Shown: positions 37,201 through 48,900, counted from the first letter of the whole stretch. The stretch: DNA of 63,473 bases, filler included, from Pelomyxa schiedti (GCA_020536535.1; 13 parts of 13 records of this genome joined end to end with filler, not necessarily neighbours in it); one strand, 5' to 3'. The notes: generated by a model from the letters alone, not told the origin. Numbers and translations are program-made.

Positions 37201-38063
37201 GCAGTTACACACAGGCTGAACATGCCACAGAGTGAAGCAAAGAGAGATGAATTGAAGCAAGTCAGAAAATTGAAGAATAAACGCAATAAGGAGCAGTTAC
37301 ACACAAGCTGAACATTCCACAGAGTGAAGAAAAGAGAGATGGATTGAAGCAGGTCAGAAAATTGAAGAGAAAACACAATAAAAAGGGTTGGAAGCAGTTA
37401 CGCACAAACTGAACATGCCACAGAGTGAACCAAAGAGATGAATTGAAGCAAGTCAGAAAATTGAAGAGTAAACACAATAAAAAGGGTTGGGAGCAGTTAC
37501 GCACAGGCTGAACATGCCACAGAGTGAACCAAAGAGAGATGAATTGAAACAAGTCAGAAAATTGAAGAGTAAACGCAATAAAAGGATTGAGAGTTATGGC
37601 AGTACGTACAAGCTCCCCCTGGAATTACGTTTTTAGAGGAAAGGGAAGGAAAACATAATCAGGATAGTGTTACACACAATCTGTGAAGTGAGAGATACAA
37701 GTTTGTGAGTGAGTGAGCACCTCAAAAATAAGGGCCCTTATACCTGAGAATTGACATCGACATTCATTGACAACAGGAACTCAACGCACTGTGCTTTCCC
37801 TGACCCCGTGGCTGCATGCAACGCTGTCTGTGTGTGTGCGTGTGCCCGCCAAAGGAATTGTTGTCGTGTGTGAAAAAAAAAAAGGGTTGTCACGCAATTC
37901 ACACCACTTGTTCTCGTTGGCTGGAGACAGAGTTTAGAAGGTGGCGGTCGGCGGCCAGCAGACGCCGCAGTGCGTCACTGTCGCCATCACGCGCGGCCTG
38001 GAACCACCTGTAGGGTCCCACGCGTGGCCCGTTGCGTGACTTTGACGAAGTTGTTGTCATCAT
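34250..38063 (-). CDS. Ankyrin / coiled-coil / kinase gene, copy 1, with microexon-encoded ankyrin loop (kinase core hidden in gap 34916-35015)
   Basis: Predicted exons: 38063-37908 (…WFQAARDGDSDALRRLL…), 37827-37744 (TALHAATGSGKAQCVEFLLSMNVDVNSQ), 15 microexons, 36313-36227 (TALHLACRKGDVAIVKQLL…HIK), 36172 onward (NMEGKTALE…), coiled-coil exons, kinase C-terminus (RPSFSAI). All introns GT-AG. Confidence 0.85.
36650..37600 (-). repeat. Tandem array of about 9.5 units of 92-101 bp; each unit is an intron plus a 3-nt exon
   Basis: Unit on minus strand: GTGYGTAACTGCT...TTTTCTGAC...pyrimidine tract...TGTTCAG then NNT. Codons at 37505, 37406, 37305, 37213, 37112, 37011, 36911, 36811, 36719. Confidence 0.95.
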
Positions 38064-38319
38064 TTGAAGAAGTTGTTACTGCGTAGAATGATGCCAACTA
38101 GAGGCATCATCTGCAGTCACAGAAAAGAAACCCCGACGCCAAACCCGGTTCTGACGGACCTGAATCATGGTCTGGTGACAGCTGACGAATCTGAGTGAGT
38201 ATCTGAAGAAATCGCGGACTCGTCCAGGATCTCATATCTTTAGCTGGACCTCTATTGTTGATACTGAGGCACACGGAGATACCAGCATAGTGGCGAGAGA
38301 GAATCCGGCATGGTGGAAT

Positions 38320-38845
38320 TGTGATTGCACTACAAGAGTGATAATGCGGAATCGCGTTCTCAATCGGCATTTTCAAGGATGCCACCGGCACTGAAGTGGA
38401 CATTTCATTTCCGGCATTGGCAGCATGCATCCTGCAACAGGGTTAGCACGGAAATGATGGGAATCATGCACACAACACCCAGCAAGTGTTCTGGCAAACG
38501 CGGGAATGCTAAGTATGCAGAATCGTGTATTTATTATTGGTTTATTGGCTAATATTTGCGTTATATTAAGCAAATATATCTCATGACAAATACATACTGC
38601 TTAAGCAGTTAATGTTACTGGGAGAGCGAATTTCACTCTAAATGATATATTTAAAAATAATCATGGTAAACATTATTTTGAACTGAGGCATACATACCTA
38701 ATAATGTTATGGTTGCACTCTGTCTGTGCACACTGATCAACAAGCTACAAAGCTATGTATCAATTTCAGTTTGTCATAAAATCGGTTCATCAACCCTAAA
38801 TGATTTGTCAGTCCAGTCAATTCGAATTTAATTTATTACCTGAAC
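38320..38845 (+). repeat. Left arm of a long imperfect inverted repeat
   Basis: Reverse-complement similarity to 40445-41015, e.g. TTTGTCATAAAATYGGTTCATCAACCCTAA and TGATAATGCGGAATYGCGTTCTCAA. Confidence 0.8.
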
Positions 38846-38919
38846 CTATGTTTCACATTTCTGCACAGGGATTGCAGAACCCTCTGGATTATGTGACCCC
38901 ACAAACTAGACTGTCTGCA

Positions 38920-40204
38920 TCATCTCATGATGGATGTACAGCCTGAAAGATCTGGACACCAAGCCAGAATATATGATCCAGTATTCATATCATCTGGAGG
39001 CACCAGAATCTTCTGCATGAAGTTAATTTGGCATCTTTTTGAAAAGAATGGCATTACCTTGCTCAAATTGGAGGCAGTGCAAGATGATTCCACCATGGCG
39101 TTGGTGTTGTGGCCATCAACAGCCCGCTGCAAAAGTGAAATGCCTTTGGGGTAGTTTTGGAGCGAGCCAAAGCCATGGATCCTCCTACCCAAGTAACAGT
39201 GGGCAAGGTCACACATTGCATTGGTGTGTTTCGGTGATACCATCAATCGGTGACTCCCAATCTCAGCAGCTTTGTGGCATCTGAGATCTACACATTAGTC
39301 TCCCGGATGTGGGCTGTTTGCCTCGCACGAAAGTGGGGCTATGAAGTCCGAGGGGGAATTCACCAGAATCAACTTTCCTAATGAGATCCATGATGCAACT
39401 CGTAAGTACTTCCACGTTCCACGGCCAGGTGCAACAGAGACATCCCTTTGCGACTATCCTGTGGTAAACCATACTCTGGCCCCAGATAAGCATCAGCGAG
39501 TTTCACCATAGCTTGGGTGTTGTGGCCAGAAACAGCCTGAAGCAGCAACAGCGAAACACCTTTGTTGTGGTTTTGAGTCAACCCATACTTCGGCTCCAGG
39601 TAACCCTCGGCAAGAATCAGCATTGCCTCGGTGTTGTTTCTGGCAATGGCCCGCTCCAGCAGCAGCAACACACCTTCAGCGGGTCCTTTGCGGGGTACAG
39701 TATCAGGCAGGTATGTTGTCCCCAGGTAAAGACTTCACCATGGCTTTGGTGTTGTTTCCAGCAATGGCCTGCTGCAGAAGTGACATAGCCTTGGTGTAGT
39801 CTAAGAAAAAGACTCAGCCCGATGGCCTGTAACAGTCAGCTAGTTCACACATTGCGTCGGTATCACCTGCACCAACCTTAATGAAGAGATCCCTGAAATA
39901 CCTTGCGTCGTCACTTCCACGTGCCACAGCCTGTTGCAGCAGTGACATGCCTTTGCTGATGTCCTGTGTCAACCCGTACCTTGGTGCCAGGTAAGCCTCG
40001 GCGAGCTTAAACATCGCTTCGGCGTTGTTGCCGTTGACGGCTTGCTGCAGAAGCGACAGGCCCTTGGTGTAGCTCCCGGGGTCTTTCACGTCAAACTCGG
40101 TTGGGAGGTAGGACCGAGCGAGGTCGTACATTGCATTGCTGTCACCTTCACCAACTTTCTCCATGAGCTCCTCCATGTACATGGACTCGTTTGTGGTCGT
40201 CATC
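38920..40204 (-). pseudogene. Sel1-like repeat protein, disrupted
   Basis: Repeats AMYDLARSY, AMFKLAEAYL...GLTQD.SKGMSLLQQAV; in-frame TGA at 39814 and frameshifts downstream. Confidence 0.8.
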
Positions 40205-40444
40205 TTCGTCGCTCGAGCGAAGTGATGTTCCTTTGATGTGATGCTGAGTCTGATCAGCGGGAAACAAGAAAGCAATGGAAGGGAAAGACCACACGCTCCT
40301 CCTTCTTGAGATCAGAGATCCGTTCTGTTTCCCGTGCCTAGTGCCTCGTGCGTCATATCAGTTCATGTCCGTGTTGCATGGAGAATGTCGATGCGCGTTG
40401 TATGTTGTGTCGTTGTGTACTCCTTTCTATTTCTAAGCAATCCT

Positions 40445-41015
40445 TAAGGTAATCACTACTTGTAAATTAGAATTAACTAACAAATCAGTTAGGGTTGATG
40501 AACCAATTTTATGACAAACCTGGGGGTGAATTTGATACGTGGCTTTGTAGCTTGTTGATTGGTGTGCACGGACAGGATGCAACCAAAAAATTAGGTACAT
40601 ATTCCTAATAATAATAACAATAATCCCCATGTTTACTATGCCTATTTCATAGAAAATCTCTATATCGTAGAGTGGAATTCGCTTTCCAAGTACTTGACAG
40701 TTAATATTACACAAATACAAGCCAATCAACCAATAAATACAACTGAAAATGAATAAATAGAGCAGTAACAATGCTACACAGCTTTGGATGATTTGATTTC
40801 CAAGCTTCAAATTCACATATCTAGCATTCTTACAAACGCGCGAATTCCCCCATTCACTTGCCGGGTATTGTATGCATGATTCCCATCATTTCCGGACTAA
40901 TTGTGTTGCAGGATGCGTGCTGCCAGTGCCGGAAATGTCCGCTTCAGTGCCGGTAATCTCCAAAATGCCGGTTGAGAACGCAATTCCGCATTATCATATG
41001 CTACCACTATCACAG
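40445..41015 (-). repeat. Right arm of the long imperfect inverted repeat
   Basis: Matches 38320-38845 in reverse complement. Confidence 0.8.
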
Positions 41016-41236
41016 TGTTTCACGATCGTAACAATTTGCATGAAACTTGCTGAGCTCAGGAGGAAGAGCTCTCACAACACCGGCACACCAAATTCACACT
41101 CATGAATCCACACAGCATTCTGTAGGGATGAAGGGGTGTAGTGTACCACGAACCGATCGTACGAAAGGATAAGGGATTCTCTTAATTCTCGTTATCGTCT
41201 GTGTTGTGAGTGATTCGTCAATTTCTGTTCCCGTCG

Positions 41237-43674
41237 ATGTACTCCACTCCAGCACCCGACCGACAACAGCAATGTCGCCCGGGGGAGGCCGCCGCGGCCG
41301 GCCGGGATCGAGTGTTGTCCCTCTCGCGGGTGGTTTGGGACATGGTCGTCGTCCCCGGCTGGCTCGACACCGCCTACGTCCACCCCGACAGCGACGACGA
41401 CGGCAGCGATTGGTGCCGAGGCCACGTCGACGTGTTCCGGGCGGCCGAGGCGATGTTCCCCCTCGCGGCCCTCGCCTCCCGCCGCGTCCTCGCCCGCCCG
41501 CACGGCCACGCACCCGGCAGCCGAGGGTCCACCTGCGCCGCCATCGCCCTCGCCGCGAGGGCGCCGGCCCCCTCGTGCATCGCCTGGATATCGAACCACA
41601 GGGGCGAAACAACGGAAACAACAACGGAAACAACAGCAACAACTGCTGCTGATCAGGCTCAGCGGGAGGGGAAAGGCCTGCTGCAGCGGCAGCAGCAGCA
41701 GCACACACTCGGGATTGCTGTGAAGGAAGTGGCCGCGGTGGTGGCTGGGCTGTGCTGGGGGGGTCACTTGCGGGCAGCCCGTGGGCTGCTTGGCGACGGC
41801 GATAGAGATAGAGATAGAGGTGGTGGCGTGATTCCCTCCTCCTCTGACAATGAGTGCTGTTGTTGTGGTGGTGGTGGTTATGGCACTTTGCCGATGCTGT
41901 GGGATGGTCGGTGCGTGGCCACGTGGAAGGCCGCTGATGATGTTGTTGCCGGCAACAATGATAGTGGGGATGATGATGTGGGTGCTGGCGGGGGAGGGGT
42001 TCTCAGGAGGAGGGTGATCGAGTACCTGAGGGCATCGTGTGGCTCGATTCCTGTGGTTTATTTCGTGTATAGGTCCGACGACGTGGACGTGGCCCAGTGG
42101 CTGCTCTCTGTTCTTGGAATTGGGAAGAATGATGCACCGTGGATCCTGTACGAATTCCTGTCTCTGCTGGGTGAGAAAAGCCAAGTTTTCAGGTGGCTAT
42201 TTGATGAGTTTCACTTGGAAAGTAGCATCGGTATCCCCGAGCTTCAGGATCTCTTTATGTCGTGCGTGAGAGGCAACTGCCCAGCGAACTCGAGGTGGTT
42301 CATTGAGAGGAAATTTCCTGTGCCTTGCAGCAGAGTGGATACAGTGCTTTGGCTCATCAGGAACGCACATGCATCTGTGGAAGATTGCCAGTTTTTTGAA
42401 GCTGATATTCGCAGCCTCAGCAGTGTCGATGACAACCTCTTGAGAGGTATGCAGAACCCAGACGTTGCCAAGTGGGTTCTGACAACTTTGTCAACCCTCA
42501 ATCCCAGTCAGGAGACTTTGAGTTGTCTCTGCGGAAATCTTGGCAACGTGGAGTTTGCTCGGTGGTTGGTGAAGGTGAAGCAATTTTCACCGACTCCAGA
42601 ATCGTTTTTATTGGCTTGTTCCACGTTCAGCAGCGTTTCTTCTTCATGCTCCTCCTCCTCATCATCATCTCTTCCCAGGTGGCTTTCAAAGAGGGTGACA
42701 CTTGCTCCAAGTGACATCACCAAAGGCTTGATCAATGCACTGCAGCACAGCAACATTGAAGTTGCAGATTGGTTGGATGGCACCTTCCATGTGATGGATG
42801 ACATAAATTCCAAACCAGAGATGTGTATTGAAAGCACGCTGGCCGAGTTGTGCTCTGGTTCTAATTCTAGTTGGTCTCTGTGGCAGGGTTTGAAGTGGTT
42901 CATACAGCACGTCCCACCACCTTTGAAAGAGAGCTGCACCAGCGATGTCATTTCACATTTGATCAGTAACCACCGCTCAGAAGCTCTTGCATTTCTTCTG
43001 GAAACATTCCCCCCAACTTGTGCACCTATTCCAGGTAATCCCAGTCAAATGAAGCTCATCCTGGTTGGATTGATGGGTGACCTGAGAACACTGCAGCACC
43101 TCCTCCAGTTTTTTGTTGGTGAGGATTTGTACTCGTCTGTTCTGACTCCAGAGTTCATGGGAGAGTGCCTGATAGACCCACAAGCATCACCATCAAGCAA
43201 AACCGTAAAGTGGGTGATTCACAAGTTCAACCTCCAGTATTCCCACATCAAAGGTGGTGATAATAGCAATACCCTCTTGTTCTGGCTTCTCTCCAGGGGA
43301 AAGCACGGCTGTGCACAGTGGCTTCTTGAGACCTTTGACATCCCCCTCGATGATGTATGTATTGTATGGACCGTAATGTTCATAATTTGACTAAAAATCA
43401 AAAAAAAAAATAACAGGTTGTTGACAGGCTCACTGCTGTGCAGCAATGCCCATACATAAATCTTGCAGGGTGGCAGATGATTCTGAGGCACTATGGTAGC
43501 GCCATCAACGCCACACTCGTTCGATCCTTCCTGCCTGGGATTGTTTCAGCATCACCTCACGTAACACTGTTCATGATGCACAGGTTTGGAATCACCATTG
43601 ATGAGGTATGTGAGCTCCTTGCTTATTCACCAGATGGAACAAAGATCTGGTTGCACCTGCATGGAAAACCATAG
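41237..43674 (+). CDS. Ankyrin-like repeat protein (SRVVWD family), 2 exons
   Basis: Long ORF with LSRVVWDMVVVPGW, LCWGGHLRAA, SSKTVKWVIHKFNL, GCAQWLLETFDI; intron from about 43355 (GTATGT) to about 43417 (CAG). Confidence 0.85.
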
Positions 43675-43817
43675 CTCCATACACAAAAAAAACCGTTCAC
43701 CTCATCCCCTAGGGGATGATGGATTCAGCATCACCCTTGTTCCGGTACGCCGAAATCAACAAACAAAATAAAGGACAAACAGTTAGGTGAAAATGATCAT
43801 CACTCTCTCTTGGTGGG

Positions 43818-46800
43818 TCAAGAGGAAGACGTGGCAGTTGTTGGTTCTGCGTGATTGCGGTGGTCAGGGAACCCTGCTGCGACGATGTTGGCGAGGCGCC
43901 TGCTGATGTGTCCGGTAACGTCGTCGTCAGTCGTGGGAGTGTTGTTGTTGCTGTTGTTGGTTAGGTCAGGTCCGGAATTTGTGAACACGATCTCGGCGCA
44001 CGTCATCAACACTTTGTCAATTGCCGAGAATGACGGCCGATCGATCTCTGTGTGTGCGCGCGCGCGCGTTTGTGTGGAGTCAGTGAGAGGTGGCGAGGAG
44101 GGAAAGAACGGGAAGGAAAAAAAACGAACCGAGGAGCGAGAGGCAGGATTCGACAACGAGGCAGAACAGACCCACGCACGCACCGTGCACGTTGTTCATC
44201 TTGGGCTCAGACCGTAACGCGGAAGTTATTGCAAGCTTCCGGCTGAGGCACTCCACAACGGGATAATCTCCCACGTCATCACAAAGCCGGTCCACTTCTG
44301 TGTGTGTGTGTGTGTGTATGTGTGTGTTTGTGTTAGGTGAGGAAGGGTTGGCTTTTATTGTTTACCCGCAATTTCCGGGGCTGAGAGTGATGCCCGCTGG
44401 ACCCTCATCAATTCTGTTACTTGGGCACCGGACTTTGGCATCTTGACTGATGGAACTTCGCCTTGAAGAAGTTCACTCAGCAAAACTGCAAACTCCCACA
44501 TGTCTCCTTTTGAATGCGTTCGTTTATGTGTAGTGGTGGTGCGGAATTAATGTTGAGTGAACTATCAACAGGATGAACACAACAACATCCAAATACCTTG
44601 AATTCCGTAATGCCCAGTGTGCATCTGTGGTGGCAAGTAAATCGGTGTTCCGGCCCCATTCGTAAAACTCCCAAGCAGAGCTGGTTTACTCCCGCGGCTG
44701 ATTTGGTGCTGCTGGAGGGCTCTTGATACTCCTTCATTTTCAGTTGGTTGAGTTGAGCGTGTTGAGGCGCGTGTGTGTGTGTCAATTGCAGAAGTACCAA
44801 AGTCAGTTATTTTTGGAGTTCCGAAAGAATCAAGGAGAACATTGTTGCTGCTCAGGTCCCGGTGCATGTAGTTCCTCCTGTGTTTTTTATTATTTTTATT
44901 CTTGCAATATTTTTTTTATGTATTTTTTAGGCCAATATTATTATTATTATTAATTCAACGTAAATGATATTATTTTTAAAAAAAGAGTGCAAGAAGAACT
45001 GAAATTGAATGAAACCTGTGAAGTGCAGTCATTCCTTTGGCAATTCCGGAAGAAACTGCCACAACTTCCATGAATGTCAACTTTTTCTAATAATTATTAT
45101 TAATCTATGTATGCATTTCGTGATTCATATNNNNNNNNNNNNNNNNNNNNNNNNNNNNNNNNNNNNNNNNNNNNNNNNNNNNNNNNNNNNNNNNNNNNNN
45201 NNNNNNNNNNNNNNNNNNNNNNNNNNNNNNTGAAACCTGTGAAGTGCAGTCATTCCTTTGGCAATTCCGGAAGAAACTGCCACAACTTCCATGAATGTCA
45301 ACTTTTTCTAATAATTATTATTAATCTATGTATGCATTTCGTGATTCATATTTACAATTTGAGTGAGAGTCTAACAAGTCAAACAAAGTGGGAGGAAGAG
45401 GGGTGCAAAAAAAAAAAACAAACATGTTGAAGGAGCTGCCTGAGACTCATTTCCATGAGTTCAGACACGATCCAGAGCGACCCTGTGCTCGTGATGCAAG
45501 TTCCAAGGCATCTCACAATGTTTGGGTGCCTCAAGCTTGACGAAACCTGGTTGGAGTTGATGGATCGTGAATTTTTAGAATGCAAGATGATCATTCTCTC
45601 ACTCACCAGAGCTTCCTGCTGAAACTTGGTGATGTTGAACTCAGACTTGATGGCTTCGTGAAGTGCTTTAATTGCCACAAACGTTGGTGTTCTTCTTTCT
45701 GATGAGGATGATGAAGAAGAGGAGGAGGATGAGGAAGTGGTCATTGCGTTGTGATCACAATGGAAGGTGCACTTGAAAACAGTTCCATACGATCCGACTC
45801 CAAGTGTGGAAACAACTTTCAGGTCTTTCTCTTGGATTGACATGGTTGATTTGATTCGAACCTTGATTTGAACAACAACTCCGTTTCTGCTGCCGCTGCC
45901 GCCGCCGCTGTCTTGTTGTTGCTGTCGCTGTTGAATATCACCCAAGGTAATGGATGAATCGGTCGGCAACAGTTCCTCAGAGTTGTTGTTTTCTGAACCG
46001 ACAGTGAAAATCACTTGTTGTGTTGGTTCAACTCCAAACTTCCTTGAAACAATAAGCTTCACAATCTTTTTTGGCAAAAAAAACCAGTCAGAAAGAAAAA
46101 ACCGGGGGAGCTTCACAAGAGAGGAAAGCACCATTTGAAGGGGACAGGATCCACACACAATTTCATCAAAAGAGGGAAGATCCTCAAACGAGATCCTGAG
46201 TTGTGATTGCTTGCATCTGTTGGTCTTATTGTTTTCAGGAAGGAGAATGTTGCGCCACATGCCTTCTCCTTGTTCAACATGTGATATCACATGATTTGCG
46301 TCTGTTTGGCAGAATTAGAATTGTTGGTGTGGTGCTGTGTTATTATATGCTGCATGTATGTTGTGGGGGTGTGGGCTGGGGTTGAGAAAAAAAAAGGAGG
46401 GGATGGAGTGTGTGATTGGGCAGAAAGCACAAACAGCATTGGAGATCACGAAATCTTTGTTGGTCAGATGCTCTCTCGTCACAAAAACTTTTCAGGTTCT
46501 TCGCACTTTCTTCCTCCAATGTTGTTATGTATGCCTCCAGCTCCATGAGTTCTGCTTTTGGAAAAAGGGGAAAAAAAANNNNNNNNNNNNNNNNNNNNNN
46601 NNNNNNNNNNNNNNNNNNNNNNNNNNNNNNNNNNNNNNNNNNNNNNNNNNNNNNNNNNNNNNNNNNNNNNNNNNNNNNTGTTGGTCAGATGCTCTCTCGT
46701 CACAAAAACTTTTCAGGTTCTTCGCACTTTCTTCCTCCAATGTTGTTATGTATGCCTCCAGCTCCATGAGTTCTGCTTTTGGAAAAAGGGGAAAAAAAAC

Positions 46801-48800
46801 CCCCAGTGAGGAGGGAGCCAATGATGAGTTCAACTGGAGGAGCAAGAAGGTGTGTTAAAACCCTTGTTCTTGGCAGTCATGTCGGACACGGTCTTTTCTT
46901 GCAACCTTTGGAGATCCATCTGTGTGTATGCATGTTGTTAAGAGATTATTATTGCAGTCATTGTCAACACCAAGGCAAACAACAACAACAACAACACACA
47001 CCTCTGAATTATGTTCCCCTTGATGATGTGCATTCACATGAATGAGAAACGCAAAAAAGAAAGAAGATATGAAAGGAGAAGGAAGGAGGAAAGGGGAGAG
47101 CACAAACACATTGTTGTTGAAGCTCACGGAATCTTTGTTGGTTGTCTGTTTCTCTTTCTTCATAGACTCGCTTCATTTCTTTAATTCTTTGTTGAGTGGT
47201 CGCATGTTGTTTTCTTTCTTCATGGAGAAGATTCAGGTTCTTTGCGTTTTCTTCCTCCAATTGTGTGATTCTTGCCTTCAGTTCCGTGATCTCATCTTTT
47301 GAACACGCAAAGTGCGTCNNNNNNNNNNNNNNNNNNNNNNNNNNNNNNNNNNNNNNNNNNNNTTAATTAATTAANNNNNNNNNNNNNNNNNNNNNNNNNN
47401 NNNNNNNNNNNNNNNNNNCTTTGTGTTTTCTTCCTCCAATTGTGTGATTCTTGCCTTCAGTTCCGTGATCTCATCTTTTGAACACAAAGTGCGTTTGCAT
47501 TTTCATTTGAGGGGAAGGGGTTTTTCACTAAACTCTTCAGCTGCCTTGCCTTGAATTCCCAGCAGTCTCTCTCTTGTTTCCTGATGTTGTTGTTGATGGT
47601 GTCACCACCTTCATCAAGAGCTCTGGGTAGCACTTTGCTGGTCCCCATTGTTGTGATACGTCTTGCAGTTGTTGGTGGTGGATGTGGTTTTGGTGGGGTG
47701 GGTGATGATGGTGATGTCTTATTTGGAGCAGAGGGTGGGCTCAGATGTGATTGCCGTTGTTGTTGGGCTGTTTCGGGAGAGGTGACTGCCTGCGTTGTTG
47801 ATGATGTTGTGGCTGGACACACAGCTTGGAACACTTGACGCACTTTATCATTTTCTGAGCTCTCAAGTGCTGTTTTTCCCTTCTTGTTCTGTGCCAACAG
47901 GAATTACAACACATGTCAATCAAAAAGGGGGGAAACCAACCTTGATGTGACTGCCAATACCCACACAAGACAGAAGTTGTTCCACAATTGTAACGTTTCC
48001 TTGTCTGCAGGCAAGATGAAGTGCCGTCTGAGAGAGAGAGACGAAAATTAAGTTTCGGGTCAGGCATCAAATAAAGTAAAGGAAACAAAGGATATTTGGG
48101 GGGGGGGGGGGGGGGGGGGCACATACATCACCCTTTCAATTTGAAAGGGAGACCCCCAAAATATATGAGTAATACAGCAAGAACAAGAAAAAAAGTAGTA
48201 CTTCCTGAAAAATAAGAAGGTGAGCACAGGCAATATTCAAGGAGTGGAGTTCATACAATCTGCAGCAGTGCAAAATATCAGAAAAATCGTGGAAAGTTAG
48301 AACAAAAGCTGCCAAGGAGTGTATACTTACTCCCTTGTGGCAATAAAAGGATCAAAGTATCCAACAAACGAGGGAAATTGAAGCAAGTCAGAAAATTGAT
48401 GAATAAACGCATTAAAAAGGGTTGGGGGCAGTTACACACAAACTGAACATGCCACAGAGCAAAGTGAAGAGAGAGAAATTGAAGCAAGTCAGAAAATTGA
48501 TGAATAAACACGATAAAAGGGGTTGGGAGCAGTTACACACAAGCTGAACATGCCACAGAGCAAAGAAAAGAGAGAGAAATTGAAGCAAGTCAGAAAATTG
48601 ATGAATAAACACGATAAAAGGGGTTGGGAGCAGTTACACACTCCCTGAGTTTATCACAGAGAGAAGCAAAGAGAGAAAAATTGAAGCAAGTCAGAAAATT
48701 GATGAATAAACACGATAAAAGGGGTTGGGAGCAGTTACACACAAGCTGAACATGCCACAGAGCAAAGTGAAGAGAGAGAAATTGAAGCAAGTCAGAAAAC
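43818..48800 (-). CDS. Ankyrin / coiled-coil / possible ubiquitin-like / TKL-type kinase gene, copy 2 (5' end in gap; spans several gaps)
   Basis: LGVGSYGTV, VAIK, LRHPNIV, MHRDLSSNNVLL, KITDFG, GTPIYLPPQ; ankyrin exon 48027-47941 TALHLACRQGNVTIVEQLL preceded by microexons. Confidence 0.85.
48375..48800 (-). repeat. Second intron-plus-codon tandem array (at least 4 units of 101 bp, cut by gap)
   Basis: Same unit; codons at 48743, 48642, 48541, 48440. Confidence 0.9.
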
Positions 48801-48900
48801 NNNNNNNNNNNNNNNNNNNNNNNNNNNNNNNNNNNNNNNNNNNNTTAATTAATTAANNNNNNNNNNNNNNNNNNNNNNNNNNNNNNNNNNNNNNNNNNNN

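Noticed and set aside
36715-37507. 7-nt microexons (NNNGTGY) using the downstream GTAACT donor
   Set aside because: Variation is concentrated in the first 3 nt, GTGYGT fits the +5G/+6T donor pattern, and neighbouring non-array exons are 3, 6 or 9 nt; less likely but only RNA data can exclude it
36650-37600. CRISPR-like or ordinary satellite reading of the array, and the hydrophobic ORFs listed over it
   Set aside because: No unique spacers or cas genes; ORFs shift frame each unit; invariant splice signals explain the unit better
39814-39816. In-frame TGA in the Sel1 gene as readthrough or selenocysteine
   Set aside because: Further frameshifts follow; a pseudogene is simpler
45011-46799. 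Exact ~120-bp direct repeats on either side of 100-N gaps (45011/45231 and 46459/46679)
   Set aside because: Unmerged contig overlaps
48098-48119. Long G homopolymer
   Set aside because: Intronic, absent from the paralog, and length unreliable in sequencing
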